Shown here one piece after another: positions 8,004 to 16,634 of a stretch of 32,056 bases of DNA. Source of the stretch: a virus (taxonomy: Duplodnaviria > Caudoviricetes). Position 1 is the stretch's first letter; each line of letters starts with the position of its first letter. The stretch covers positions 1 through 32,056 of IMG/VR virus record IMGVR_UViG_3300038520_000078; one strand, given 5' to 3'. Made by a program: the position numbers and the translations under genes. The notes under the pieces are model-generated. The model ran no database searches, was not told where the DNA came from, and saw only the letters and a list, made by a program, of their open reading frames with translations.

Positions 8004-8502
8004 CGTTATCTCCTGTTGGTTGTTCTTCTATTTTTTGTGAAACATACTCTGGTTTATATTTACTTCCGTCTGGTATTTCATCAGGGTTATTAGACCAATA
8101 CTCTTGAGCTTCTATTCCGATAGAGCCTTTCGCAGGGCACGGGGTGCCAGCATCTGTCATAGCGTCCCAAACACGAGGGTCTTGGCACAAGACAGACACT
8201 GCCGCAACCTTCATACCATAAGCATAAAGGCTACGACTTAGCTTTAGTTTTTGGCATAGCTCATCATCTATTACTATGCCACTAGCAAGTCCTACAATAT
8301 TATTTTGTACACTTGCTCCTACACCTACTTTACAAATATCAGAATTAGAATTGATTATAGAGGGGGCATTTGCAGTAGGCGGTGTATTATTCGTAACAAC
8401 CGTAGAACTAACAGTGTTAGTTTCAGCATTAGAATTAATAGAAAAAAACATGACAACGACAGTCATGAAAGCACAGAAGAGATAGAAATAACCTAATTTC
8501 AT
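7951..8502 (-). CDS. Exported Cys-containing protein (183 aa) with hydrophobic C-terminus
   Basis: Signal peptide ending SNA, motifs PPTANAP and GMKVAAVSVLCQDPRVWDAM..AGTPCP, four Cys in the mature part, C-terminal GLMALSLLLLF. Confidence 0.78.
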   Translation of the reverse strand: MKLGYFYLFCAFMTVVVMFFSINSNAETNTVSSTVVTNNTPPTANAPSIINSNSDICKVGVGASVQNNIVGLASGIVIDDELCQKLKLSRSLYAYGMKVAAVSVLCQDPRVWDAMTDAGTPCPAKGSIGIEAQEYWSNNPDEIPDGSKYKPEYVSQKIEEQPTGDNDGLKNFGLMALSLLLLF

Positions 8503-8783
8503 TTTTTCTTCTTATGCTTTTTCCTTAAACTCTCTTTTCCTTTCTTAAATATACTGGCAACTTCTCTTTTTCCCATTACTTTCGCTCTTTGTTCGCCAAC
8601 AGTAAGGATTTGAATTTTTCGTGCATACGGTTTTTTAACTCTTCGCACTTTTGCGACCGTTTTCCGTGCGTCAGTCGGAGTAGCAAACTTAATACCGACA
8701 GTATCTTTAGGGTTTTCATCTGTGTATAATCTTCTACCGCTCCCTTTAGGTTTTTTACCAGTTCCTTTTTTTGGATCTGCCAT
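8499..8783 (-). CDS. Small highly basic phage protein (94 aa)
   Basis: K/R-rich with motif GSGRRLYTDENPKDTV. Coupled to both neighbours. Confidence 0.75.
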   Translation of the reverse strand: MADPKKGTGKKPKGSGRRLYTDENPKDTVGIKFATPTDARKTVAKVRRVKKPYARKIQILTVGEQRAKVMGKREVASIFKKGKESLRKKHKKKK

Positions 8784-9169
8784 TACTTTTTAAATTTTTT
8801 AATTGCAAGATCTGATATTTTTAGTCCGAATGAACTTGCTATTGCTGCCAATAACGCCCATATATACCAGTCTGGTAGTTCATCTAGAGTAATAAATCCT
8901 TCTTTTAACTTTGTAATCCACTCAGGTTTATTTAAAAATATTGCAGCAAAAACTATAATGAGTGGAATCGAGAGTATAATTGTGAACCATTCGTCACGCC
9001 AAGAGCTTTGCATATTTTTTTGTGTTGCGATGGCGTAATCAATTTCGCCTTCAGCCATCTTTCTAACATGCGTTTGCTCAGCTTCAGCCATAAGTTTTTT
9101 AGTTTCAGTTTTAGTTTTAACAACGTCAACAACTCCTTTTATTATTGTAGGAACTAAATTTAAAAGCAT
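8783..9169 (-). CDS. Holin (3TM/GTA-holin-like)
   Basis: SWRDEW motif followed by hydrophobic helices, basic C-terminus, directly downstream of the lysozyme. Confidence 0.7.
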   Translation of the reverse strand: MLLNLVPTIIKGVVDVVKTKTETKKLMAEAEQTHVRKMAEGEIDYAIATQKNMQSSWRDEWFTIILSIPLIIVFAAIFLNKPEWITKLKEGFITLDELPDWYIWALLAAIASSFGLKISDLAIKKFKK

Positions 9170-9591
9170 TAAACGTTCCTCACAATATTAGCTAAATCGT
9201 TTGCTCTATTAGGAGTTTGTTTAGCCCAACGACTATCTAACATTTCTACGGAAGCTGTAGTATAGTCTTTATTTTCTAGTGCAGCTTTAAATTTTTTAAA
9301 CCCACAAAGACGAGGATATCCTAATTGAAAACACATCTCTATAATAACTCCGTATATGTCTTCTGGATGTTCATCTTTATTAATAAATTTATTAGCATCT
9401 TCTACAGCTGTTTCAAAGTCTTTTTCAAAATATCGCATAACGATATCATCTGAGTATTCTACTCCTTCTTCTAAGTCATCAGATTGTAATACTAAGTGCC
9501 CTACACCAAAAGTTTTAAGACCTAAAGAATCTTTATATATCTTATTTATTTTACCTTCGTGTTTTATTATTCTTTGTTTAATTGCTTCCAA
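9169..9591 (-). CDS. Endolysin, T4-lysozyme-like (GH24)
   Basis: Catalytic E-x8-D-x5-T pattern (HEG...YKDSLGLKTFGVGHL) and C-terminal SRWAKQTPNRA as in T4 lysozyme. Confidence 0.92.
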   Translation of the reverse strand: MEAIKQRIIKHEGKINKIYKDSLGLKTFGVGHLVLQSDDLEEGVEYSDDIVMRYFEKDFETAVEDANKFINKDEHPEDIYGVIIEMCFQLGYPRLCGFKKFKAALENKDYTTASVEMLDSRWAKQTPNRANDLANIVRNV

Positions 9592-9883
9592 AATAACACT
9601 CTCCGTTCTTTTTTACGAATAGCAATTTTACACCATATTTATCTTGTTTACTAGTAGGTTTTCTATATATCATCTGACCATTTTTCTTTCTAAATGTTTC
9701 ACTTTTAATATCTAAGCCTATTAGTTCCTTACCATTAAATATAACTACGTCTATAAAACCAGTAACATGTACATTTTTAAAAACATGATAACCTTTTTTT
9801 AGTAACCAAGAAATCGCTGAATGTTCAGCACTAGTGCCTTTTACTACCTTACTCAGGAGGATTGACAACTGTAGTACCGCCAT
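9578..9883 (-). CDS. PD-(D/E)XK endonuclease (resolvase-like), true start probably further downstream
   Basis: KGTSAE helix, GFIDVV and DIKS catalytic pattern. Confidence 0.7.
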   Translation of the reverse strand: MAVLQLSILLSKVVKGTSAEHSAISWLLKKGYHVFKNVHVTGFIDVVIFNGKELIGLDIKSETFRKKNGQMIYRKPTSKQDKYGVKLLFVKKNGECYFGSN

Positions 9884-12800
9884 TATTTAAAACATTTCTT
9901 ATTATATTATTAAAAACAGGCAATACTTTCTCTGTTGTAATAGCAACACCTGTGCCTGCCACTTCTCCTCCTTTCTTTAAACTCATTTCTCCTAGGTTCA
10001 TTTCTCCTTTTTCTTCCATACCAGTAACTATAGGTTCTTGAGTAGCTGCAGCTATCATTGCTTTTATATACTCAGGTTGATTTAAATTACTTTTATAACG
10101 TCTAAAAAATTCATCTACGTTAGCTAAAGGTATTGCTGTATCATTAAAACTTCTTAATTTTAATAAAGTTGTAAGTCCTCTAAGTATCGTTCTCTTTCTA
10201 TCTAATTGTCCAAAAAACGTATTTTTTAAACCTTGCTGTACTTGAGAAGTAGATAATACATTTAGACCATCAGATGATATTAAGCTTTCATAAGGATCTA
10301 AAGCTAGTCTGGCTTTATCTAATTTTTCAATATACTTTTTTCCAAACAACATTTCATAAATTCCTCTATCACTACTTTTTAAAAAATTACTAATAGCACT
10401 TGCACTAAAAAACTCAGTTCCTGTGTATATATCAGGTTTAATTATTTTATTTCTTAATTCAGCATTGTAAAAATCTTTAACGTTTTCTAAAGTTTGTTTA
10501 GCTAATTGACTATTATTAGATTGTAAACTTTCTACTAAAACACCAACCATGCTAGGATTTTTTTGTAAGTATGAATTTATCGTATAAGGATCTACGTTTT
10601 TAAGACCTTCAATTCCGTTATCTCTAAGACTTTTGGTTAAATCATCAAGTTGTTTTTGATTAAATTTTATGTTATCCATAAATCTTATAGCATTTTCAAA
10701 TAATTTTTTTTCTTCTTTATTAAAATATTCTAATAAATATTCATTTTTAGACATCCAAGTTTTAGTATTTTTAGCTAAAGTACCAGCGTCTGTAATATTT
10801 CCATTATTAGTTACAAAACTTTTATAGTTATTTTTTATATATCTCTTAACTACTTCTTTTTGAGATACTAAACTAGGATTATCTAATAAACCTAAAAGTT
10901 CTCTTGAAGCTACTTCATCATTTAAAATTGTATTAAGAACTGCTTTATCTGAAACTTCTAAATTTAATTTATTAGGACTAGTTTTAAATAACATGTTAAT
11001 AGCTTTATTATTATATGTTTTTCTTATTTCACTTAAATTAGTTAAAGCTGAATTTAATGTAAAATAATCTTCTGGTGATAAATTTTTCTGTAAACTATCT
11101 AGTAAAGCAGTTCTAGTTTTTGCAGCTATAGCTACTAATGTTTTAGAATCAGGAGCATTACCTGCTAGTCTTGCATAATCATCATCTATTAATCTGTTAA
11201 GTCCATTCAAGGTAGACATAACTTGATTAAAGTTTAAATCTTTAGCTTTCGGAATACCAGGTGTTCCTGCTTTTTTCGTTCCTGCAGTAGCATCTAAGAT
11301 TTGATTTATAATTTTTATAGTGCCTTCGTCAGCGTTCACTAAAGCAGCATTTAAAGATTTTCTTAACTCAATAAGATCTCTTCTAAGAGTTCCTGTTTTT
11401 ACAAAAGATACATTAGGACCTCCTTCTAAATTTTTTAAAATATTATTTACAACAGTGTCATATTTAGTTTTTTCTGCTTGATATAGCTCTCTATTAGTTT
11501 TATCTAAATTTTCTACAAACTCTCTACTAATTTTATTTCCCTGTGCACTAGCTTCAAAGCTATCTAATATTAGATTTAATTTACTTGTATCATCTAATAT
11601 TTGAGCGTTAATAGGAAAAATAGCATCATCTGATACTTTTTGAGCACCACTAACTACAGTTTCTCCTAAATCGCCTATAGACGGAGTTCCTACAGGTTTT
11701 GATTTAGCAGTTCCTAAATATAAATCTATAACTTCCATGGCTTCTTTTTGATTTTTATTCATTTCATCTACAAAAGTTGAACGTTGGCTAGGGCTCTTTT
11801 TTATGAAATTTTCCATAGCTACAAGATATGGTTCGCCTAAATACTTTGCTAAAGTTAATCTAATTTGAGGACTAATATCTCCGTAAAGTTTAGTCATTTC
11901 ATTATTAATTTCTTCTATCGCTTTATTACTAATTCGTTTAGGAGCATCTTCTAATGCTTGTTTGTCTAATTTATCCATAGATGCAGGCATTCTTTTACCA
12001 GCACTTTTTTGAATAGCAGCCATAATTCCGTCAAACATTAATTTAAATACAGGAGTAGCTATTCCTGCAAAAAGAGCTTGCTTACCCATAGTTCCTGATA
12101 TTTCATCTACTCTTTCCATGAAGTCCTCATATGTGTAGATATCTCCTGTTTCTTTAAAATGTAAATAAGAATCAGTAGCAACTTGAACTAACAATTCTCC
12201 GATAGCAGATCCTGCAGCAGACCCTGCTATTAGTCCAGGAAAACCTCCTACTTTAGTTCCTACTCCTGCTCCAAGTACATCAAAAGCGATAACAGGTAAT
12301 TCTCTCATTAAAAACTGAAAATCTCCTTTATCAAGACCTGGCGTATTTACAACTCTAAAAGGCTCATCTCCTACTTTATAAATTACAGGGTCATAGTTTA
12401 AAGCGTCTAAGTTATCTGTTCCTAATATAGTGTTTAAGAATTCTTTATTATCTCCACCTAATTCACTAGCGAACATAACACTAACTTGTTTATCTGGATT
12501 AGCGATTTTAAGATATCTTTCTAAATTATCTTTCTTAACGTCATTGTTCATTCCTCCTGCTTCATAAAAAAATCTAGCAGTTTCAAAACCCATACCTTGA
12601 TTACTAATTCCTAATTTCAGTAACCTTACGTCTTTTGAAGGTTCATATTCTTTCATAATGTCTGCTAACATTTCGTTAGTTACAAAATCTGGTGGCATCT
12701 CTCCTTGTTTACCAGCAGTTTGTTCTAACCATATTTCATTAGCAGATTGATATACAAAATTACCAAACTCTTCTGCTTCTAATTGATAACCCTTTTTTAT

Positions 12801-12971
12801 AGATTCTCCGTCTAAACCGTAAGAGTTTAGAACTGCTTGATCGTATCCTAAAGTTTCTATTTCCTCTTGTGTAGGAGGTCCAGAACCGATACCTTTTTCT
12901 CTTTCTTCAAGAATTAAGCTATCTTTCGTGCTTTCTAAATAATTAGGTTCTAAAAATTTACTCTTTGCCAT
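9849..12971 (-). CDS. Large putative internal virion/DNA-ejection protein (~1040 aa)
   Basis: Helical, with a Gly/Ala-rich hydrophobic hairpin (GAGVGTKVGGFPGLIAGSAAGSAIG). Third of three genes after the nozzle and GNAT. ATG 12971 preferred over TTG 12980. Confidence 0.6.
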   Translation of the reverse strand: MAKSKFLEPNYLESTKDSLILEEREKGIGSGPPTQEEIETLGYDQAVLNSYGLDGESIKKGYQLEAEEFGNFVYQSANEIWLEQTAGKQGEMPPDFVTNEMLADIMKEYEPSKDVRLLKLGISNQGMGFETARFFYEAGGMNNDVKKDNLERYLKIANPDKQVSVMFASELGGDNKEFLNTILGTDNLDALNYDPVIYKVGDEPFRVVNTPGLDKGDFQFLMRELPVIAFDVLGAGVGTKVGGFPGLIAGSAAGSAIGELLVQVATDSYLHFKETGDIYTYEDFMERVDEISGTMGKQALFAGIATPVFKLMFDGIMAAIQKSAGKRMPASMDKLDKQALEDAPKRISNKAIEEINNEMTKLYGDISPQIRLTLAKYLGEPYLVAMENFIKKSPSQRSTFVDEMNKNQKEAMEVIDLYLGTAKSKPVGTPSIGDLGETVVSGAQKVSDDAIFPINAQILDDTSKLNLILDSFEASAQGNKISREFVENLDKTNRELYQAEKTKYDTVVNNILKNLEGGPNVSFVKTGTLRRDLIELRKSLNAALVNADEGTIKIINQILDATAGTKKAGTPGIPKAKDLNFNQVMSTLNGLNRLIDDDYARLAGNAPDSKTLVAIAAKTRTALLDSLQKNLSPEDYFTLNSALTNLSEIRKTYNNKAINMLFKTSPNKLNLEVSDKAVLNTILNDEVASRELLGLLDNPSLVSQKEVVKRYIKNNYKSFVTNNGNITDAGTLAKNTKTWMSKNEYLLEYFNKEEKKLFENAIRFMDNIKFNQKQLDDLTKSLRDNGIEGLKNVDPYTINSYLQKNPSMVGVLVESLQSNNSQLAKQTLENVKDFYNAELRNKIIKPDIYTGTEFFSASAISNFLKSSDRGIYEMLFGKKYIEKLDKARLALDPYESLISSDGLNVLSTSQVQQGLKNTFFGQLDRKRTILRGLTTLLKLRSFNDTAIPLANVDEFFRRYKSNLNQPEYIKAMIAAATQEPIVTGMEEKGEMNLGEMSLKKGGEVAGTGVAITTEKVLPVFNNIIRNVLNNGGTTVVNPPE

Positions 12972-15036
12972 AATTTTCAAACATACTTATGTACTGTTCT
13001 TCTAAAGAATTATCGTCAGTAGGGAATACAAAAGCAGGGAACATATCATTAAACGCTTCATCTTTTTCAGGTTGCGACATGTTATCTAAACCATTTAATT
13101 TATTTACTTCTGTATACATATTAGTAAGTAAAGCTATAATTTTAGAATCAGTTTTCTCTCTATTTATTACAAATTCATTATTCTCATTTACTTCACCGAA
13201 TAATTCTAAAGGTTTTTCATCTACGAATATTAAACCTGCGTTTCCAGAACCTATGTTAGTTGCACTTAATATATCACTGTTTCTTTCATAATAAGCAGAT
13301 GCTAAATATGCGATAGGAGAATAATCGCCTTCTTCTAAACCTTCAGCTTGATTACCAAACGCTTCTGTGTTATCATAATCTGATAATCTATTTTTCTTAT
13401 ATCCGTATTTACCTGGATCTATATCTGCGTATTTTTCTTTTATTTCATTTATCGCATACGCTCTAGCATAACTAATAGCGTTATTATATTTTTTACCATT
13501 TATTTCTAAACCACCGTCTGGTGATCCAGCAACAGCATAACCACTTGTGCCAAGTTGTTTAAAATCTTCACTATTTGGGTCTTTATTAGCTGATAAAAAT
13601 TCTTGATATCCCCTATTTAAAAGTTGAGAATATTCTCCTAATCCATATTGAAATGAAGCAGTTCTTAAATAAATTTCTGGTGAATCTCCGTAGTTAGAAA
13701 ATGAATTTGCTAATAATTCAATATCAGCGTTAGATACGGGATATATTTTCTTAGATTGAGTTAATACTTTTTTAGTAGTAACTTTTTTTTCAAATTGTAA
13801 TTGAGCTAAACCTTGATAATCTACTCCAATAAATTCCTCAAAAAAATCTTTATATAATTGTTCACTAGGAAGAATAGCTTTTAAAAACTGTGCTAAAGGT
13901 TCAAACGTTTTTACTCTAGGACCGTATGTTTGAAAAGTATTAGGATCAAGTCTAATAGCAGCAATTTGTGAATCTATAAGAGGCACTAATTCTTGAGCTT
14001 CTAAGAACCCTGGTTCTAATTGAGATTCATATTGACTTACTACTTTATCTGACTTTGCTTCAGTTATTTTATATATGTCTTCAACATCTAAATCTTTAGG
14101 GTCTTTTTCTGGAACTACTGGATCTGTTACATCTTCAACAAAAGTTTGTAAATCAATAATTCCGTCTTGGCTATGAACAACACCACTTACAACTCCTGTA
14201 GTTCCTATAGTTTTATCAGGAAAATATTTATCTTTACCATTTTCCATAACATCTCCTATTGTATATTTTAAATTTTTTACATAAGAAAAATTTCCTTTAT
14301 CTGTAGTAGATGTTTGTTTAGATAATATCTTTAATTTAGCTAAATCAGCCTCTCTCGCATCTTTCGTGTAATCATTTACAGCAGACGCAACTCTAGCGAA
14401 AGGAGATTTAAAACTAGGAGTACCACCCTCTTCTATAAGATTCAATCCTATACCAACCATAGGATTTGCTAGTCTTTCTTTTAATTCATCAGCAGGACTT
14501 GTTCTTGCAAAAGCATACTCACCAGATATTGGGTCTATTCCGAATTGATCTCTTCCTTTAAATATAGCCCCTATATTAGTTGTTATTCTTTCAAGTAAAC
14601 TTTGATCATTTAAGCCAAAAGATTTTTCCATAGCTGTCTTTTGGCCGTCAGATAATCCTACAGTTTCTGCTATAAAATCAATTTCACTCTGTAACTGATC
14701 TCTATTATTTAATTGTTTTTCTAAACTTTCTATTACACCTTGTTGATTGATTAAAGTATTTACCTCGCTTCCTAAAGCATCACCACCAGCATTAACTTCA
14801 CCAGCAGTAGTATTTACTACATTATCTACTGATGATTCTTGATTCTGGTCTGTAGGTAAATTAGAATCTGTATTATATGTTTTTACTTTCTCTAGAAATT
14901 TATCTTCGCCACCATAAGCATCAAAAATACTCGATTCTATAGTTTCATACGATTCATCTCCGCCAGTTTCTTTATATAAAGTTTCTAGAAATTTTAAATC
15001 GTCTTGAGCATCTCTATTTAATACTGTTTCAGCCAT
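12958..15036 (-). CDS. Putative internal virion/ejection protein (692 aa)
   Basis: Position in the trio, acidic helical composition, PVSNADIELL motif, no enzyme signature seen. Confidence 0.55.
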   Translation of the reverse strand: MAETVLNRDAQDDLKFLETLYKETGGDESYETIESSIFDAYGGEDKFLEKVKTYNTDSNLPTDQNQESSVDNVVNTTAGEVNAGGDALGSEVNTLINQQGVIESLEKQLNNRDQLQSEIDFIAETVGLSDGQKTAMEKSFGLNDQSLLERITTNIGAIFKGRDQFGIDPISGEYAFARTSPADELKERLANPMVGIGLNLIEEGGTPSFKSPFARVASAVNDYTKDAREADLAKLKILSKQTSTTDKGNFSYVKNLKYTIGDVMENGKDKYFPDKTIGTTGVVSGVVHSQDGIIDLQTFVEDVTDPVVPEKDPKDLDVEDIYKITEAKSDKVVSQYESQLEPGFLEAQELVPLIDSQIAAIRLDPNTFQTYGPRVKTFEPLAQFLKAILPSEQLYKDFFEEFIGVDYQGLAQLQFEKKVTTKKVLTQSKKIYPVSNADIELLANSFSNYGDSPEIYLRTASFQYGLGEYSQLLNRGYQEFLSANKDPNSEDFKQLGTSGYAVAGSPDGGLEINGKKYNNAISYARAYAINEIKEKYADIDPGKYGYKKNRLSDYDNTEAFGNQAEGLEEGDYSPIAYLASAYYERNSDILSATNIGSGNAGLIFVDEKPLELFGEVNENNEFVINREKTDSKIIALLTNMYTEVNKLNGLDNMSQPEKDEAFNDMFPAFVFPTDDNSLEEQYISMFENYGKE

Positions 15037-15044
15037 ATTTTATC

Positions 15045-15947
15045 TTACATAAAACCAGCAAATGTACCAGCGGCTCCTGCGATTTGAGCAAAAGGAGAAG
15101 TACCTCCGATAACTTGACCTACTGTACCTGAACGTTCTTCGCCGTAAGAACGTATAGGAGCACCTGTAAGAATACTTGATAAGAATCCTAATTGTCCTCT
15201 ATCGAATCCTTGCTGTTCTACAAAGTCACGATAATCTTCTAGTAACTGTTGCTGTCTTACTGCTTGTTGTAATCCACCGAATCTAGTTGCCGCTGCAGCT
15301 TCAGATAATCCTTGTTGTCCTAATGAAGCTTGTAAACCAGGAATTGCTTGTGCAGCTGCCATTTGGCCTTGAGCTGCCGTTGCACGATCAGCTGCAAATC
15401 TACTAGCTGCATTTTGAAAAGCTTGTGCTTGTAGTTGAGCTGTTAGATCTCCTGCTCTTTTTGCAGTTTCAGCTTGAAGAGTAGCTTCTTGTATTCCCTG
15501 TCTTGCTCCACCAAACGCACCTCTTGAAACAGCTTGTGCTCTAGCTGTTTGTTGTGCTCTTGCAGATTCTTCTTGTAAGTTTCTTATTGCGTTATTAGCA
15601 ACTGTATCTATGAAAGGATTCATATACTGATTCGCAATATCAGTAGTAAATTGAGTTCCTGCTATATTAGCTGCCGTTCTAACTCTATTTTGAGCTTCTG
15701 GTATTACACCAGATTGACCGAACTGTCCTAAATTTGTTTGAGCTTGAGTAATTGCTGCATTTTGAAGAGCAGTTAAATCTGCTATTCGCTCACCTTCATA
15801 AGCTTGAAAAGGTTGTCGACTTGCTACATTAGCTCTAGCAAATAAATCTTCTTGTAAATCTTTAAAATACTGAGGGATTTCATATTGTACTGTACCTTGG
15901 CTAGGTGCTTGTACTACTGTAGATGTAGGTCTAAATAAGCTTCCCAT
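15045..15947 (-). CDS. Putative DNA pilot/ejection protein (Q/A-rich)
   Basis: YMNPF and GAFGGARQGI motifs, Ala/Gln-rich helices, Gly-rich hydrophobic C-terminus. Confidence 0.65.
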   Translation of the reverse strand: MGSLFRPTSTVVQAPSQGTVQYEIPQYFKDLQEDLFARANVASRQPFQAYEGERIADLTALQNAAITQAQTNLGQFGQSGVIPEAQNRVRTAANIAGTQFTTDIANQYMNPFIDTVANNAIRNLQEESARAQQTARAQAVSRGAFGGARQGIQEATLQAETAKRAGDLTAQLQAQAFQNAASRFAADRATAAQGQMAAAQAIPGLQASLGQQGLSEAAAATRFGGLQQAVRQQQLLEDYRDFVEQQGFDRGQLGFLSSILTGAPIRSYGEERSGTVGQVIGGTSPFAQIAGAAGTFAGFM

Positions 15948-16390
15948 TATAAATTATCTCCATATGTGCCACCAAGGTATTCAAAGTTTTGTCTTATTAA
16001 CCATTGATGTTTTCTATCAATATCATGTCCTTGCGTCATTTCAAGTATCAAAGGCATTTTGTTTATTTTAACGTATTCTTTAACATATTCTAGCAATTTT
16101 TTTGCTATTCTACTATTTCTTTTTTTACTATCTACATAGAGCCAATTAACTCTAAAAAACTTCTTATCTGTATACCAAGTATCTTCATCAACTACTGATA
16201 TAGTTCCTACGATTTTATTATCTTTTTCAGCTACTATTACAAAATTATTATAGATTATATCGTAAATATAAGAATCTCCTTTCCTAGTATTAGGTTTTCC
16301 TAATCTTAGTGGCGATTCATCAAGCCAGTTTAGTAGTAAGTTTCTAATAGGCTTTACGTCTTCTAAAGTAGCTTTCCTATAATTAACCAA
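15947..16390 (-). CDS. GNAT-family acetyltransferase
   Basis: YRKATLED start, VAEKDNKIVG strand, acetyl-CoA motif A LYVDSKKRNSRIAKKLL. Confidence 0.85.
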   Translation of the reverse strand: MVNYRKATLEDVKPIRNLLLNWLDESPLRLGKPNTRKGDSYIYDIIYNNFVIVAEKDNKIVGTISVVDEDTWYTDKKFFRVNWLYVDSKKRNSRIAKKLLEYVKEYVKINKMPLILEMTQGHDIDRKHQWLIRQNFEYLGGTYGDNL

Positions 16391-16634
16391 TTAACCCTTT
16401 CGATTTTAGAGCGTCTATTAAAGTAGCTAAAGTATTTGCGACAGTAGCCAAGTTAGCTGATGTAGGATCTAAACTTTTATTAGGAGTTACATTACTAGTA
16501 GTAAAACCTGTTTCTGCTGGCTGAGTAATTTCTAATAGATACTGTTCTAAGTCAGTGATAGCTTGATTATATACTGTCATTAATTCATCATTAGATCTAG
16601 CTATAGGAAGGCTAGGAGGTCTTTTAAACGACAT
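16383..16634 (-). CDS. Small virion-associated hypothetical protein (83 aa)
   Basis: Coupled ORF between nozzle and GNAT, ending LATLIDALKSKGLIG. Confidence 0.6.
   Translation of the reverse strand: MSFKRPPSLPIARSNDELMTVYNQAITDLEQYLLEITQPAETGFTTSNVTPNKSLDPTSANLATVANTLATLIDALKSKGLIG

Noticed and set aside
6567-8502. Canonical o-spanin or u-spanin lipoprotein
   Set aside because: The Cys residues in the signal regions (FLYC, YLFC) do not fit the [LVI][ASTVI][GAS]C lipobox.
15947-16390. GNAT as a toxin or anti-defence gene
   Set aside because: A GNAT-like gene between nozzle and ejection genes matches the usual podophage layout (T7 gp13 position), and no antitoxin-like partner is evident.
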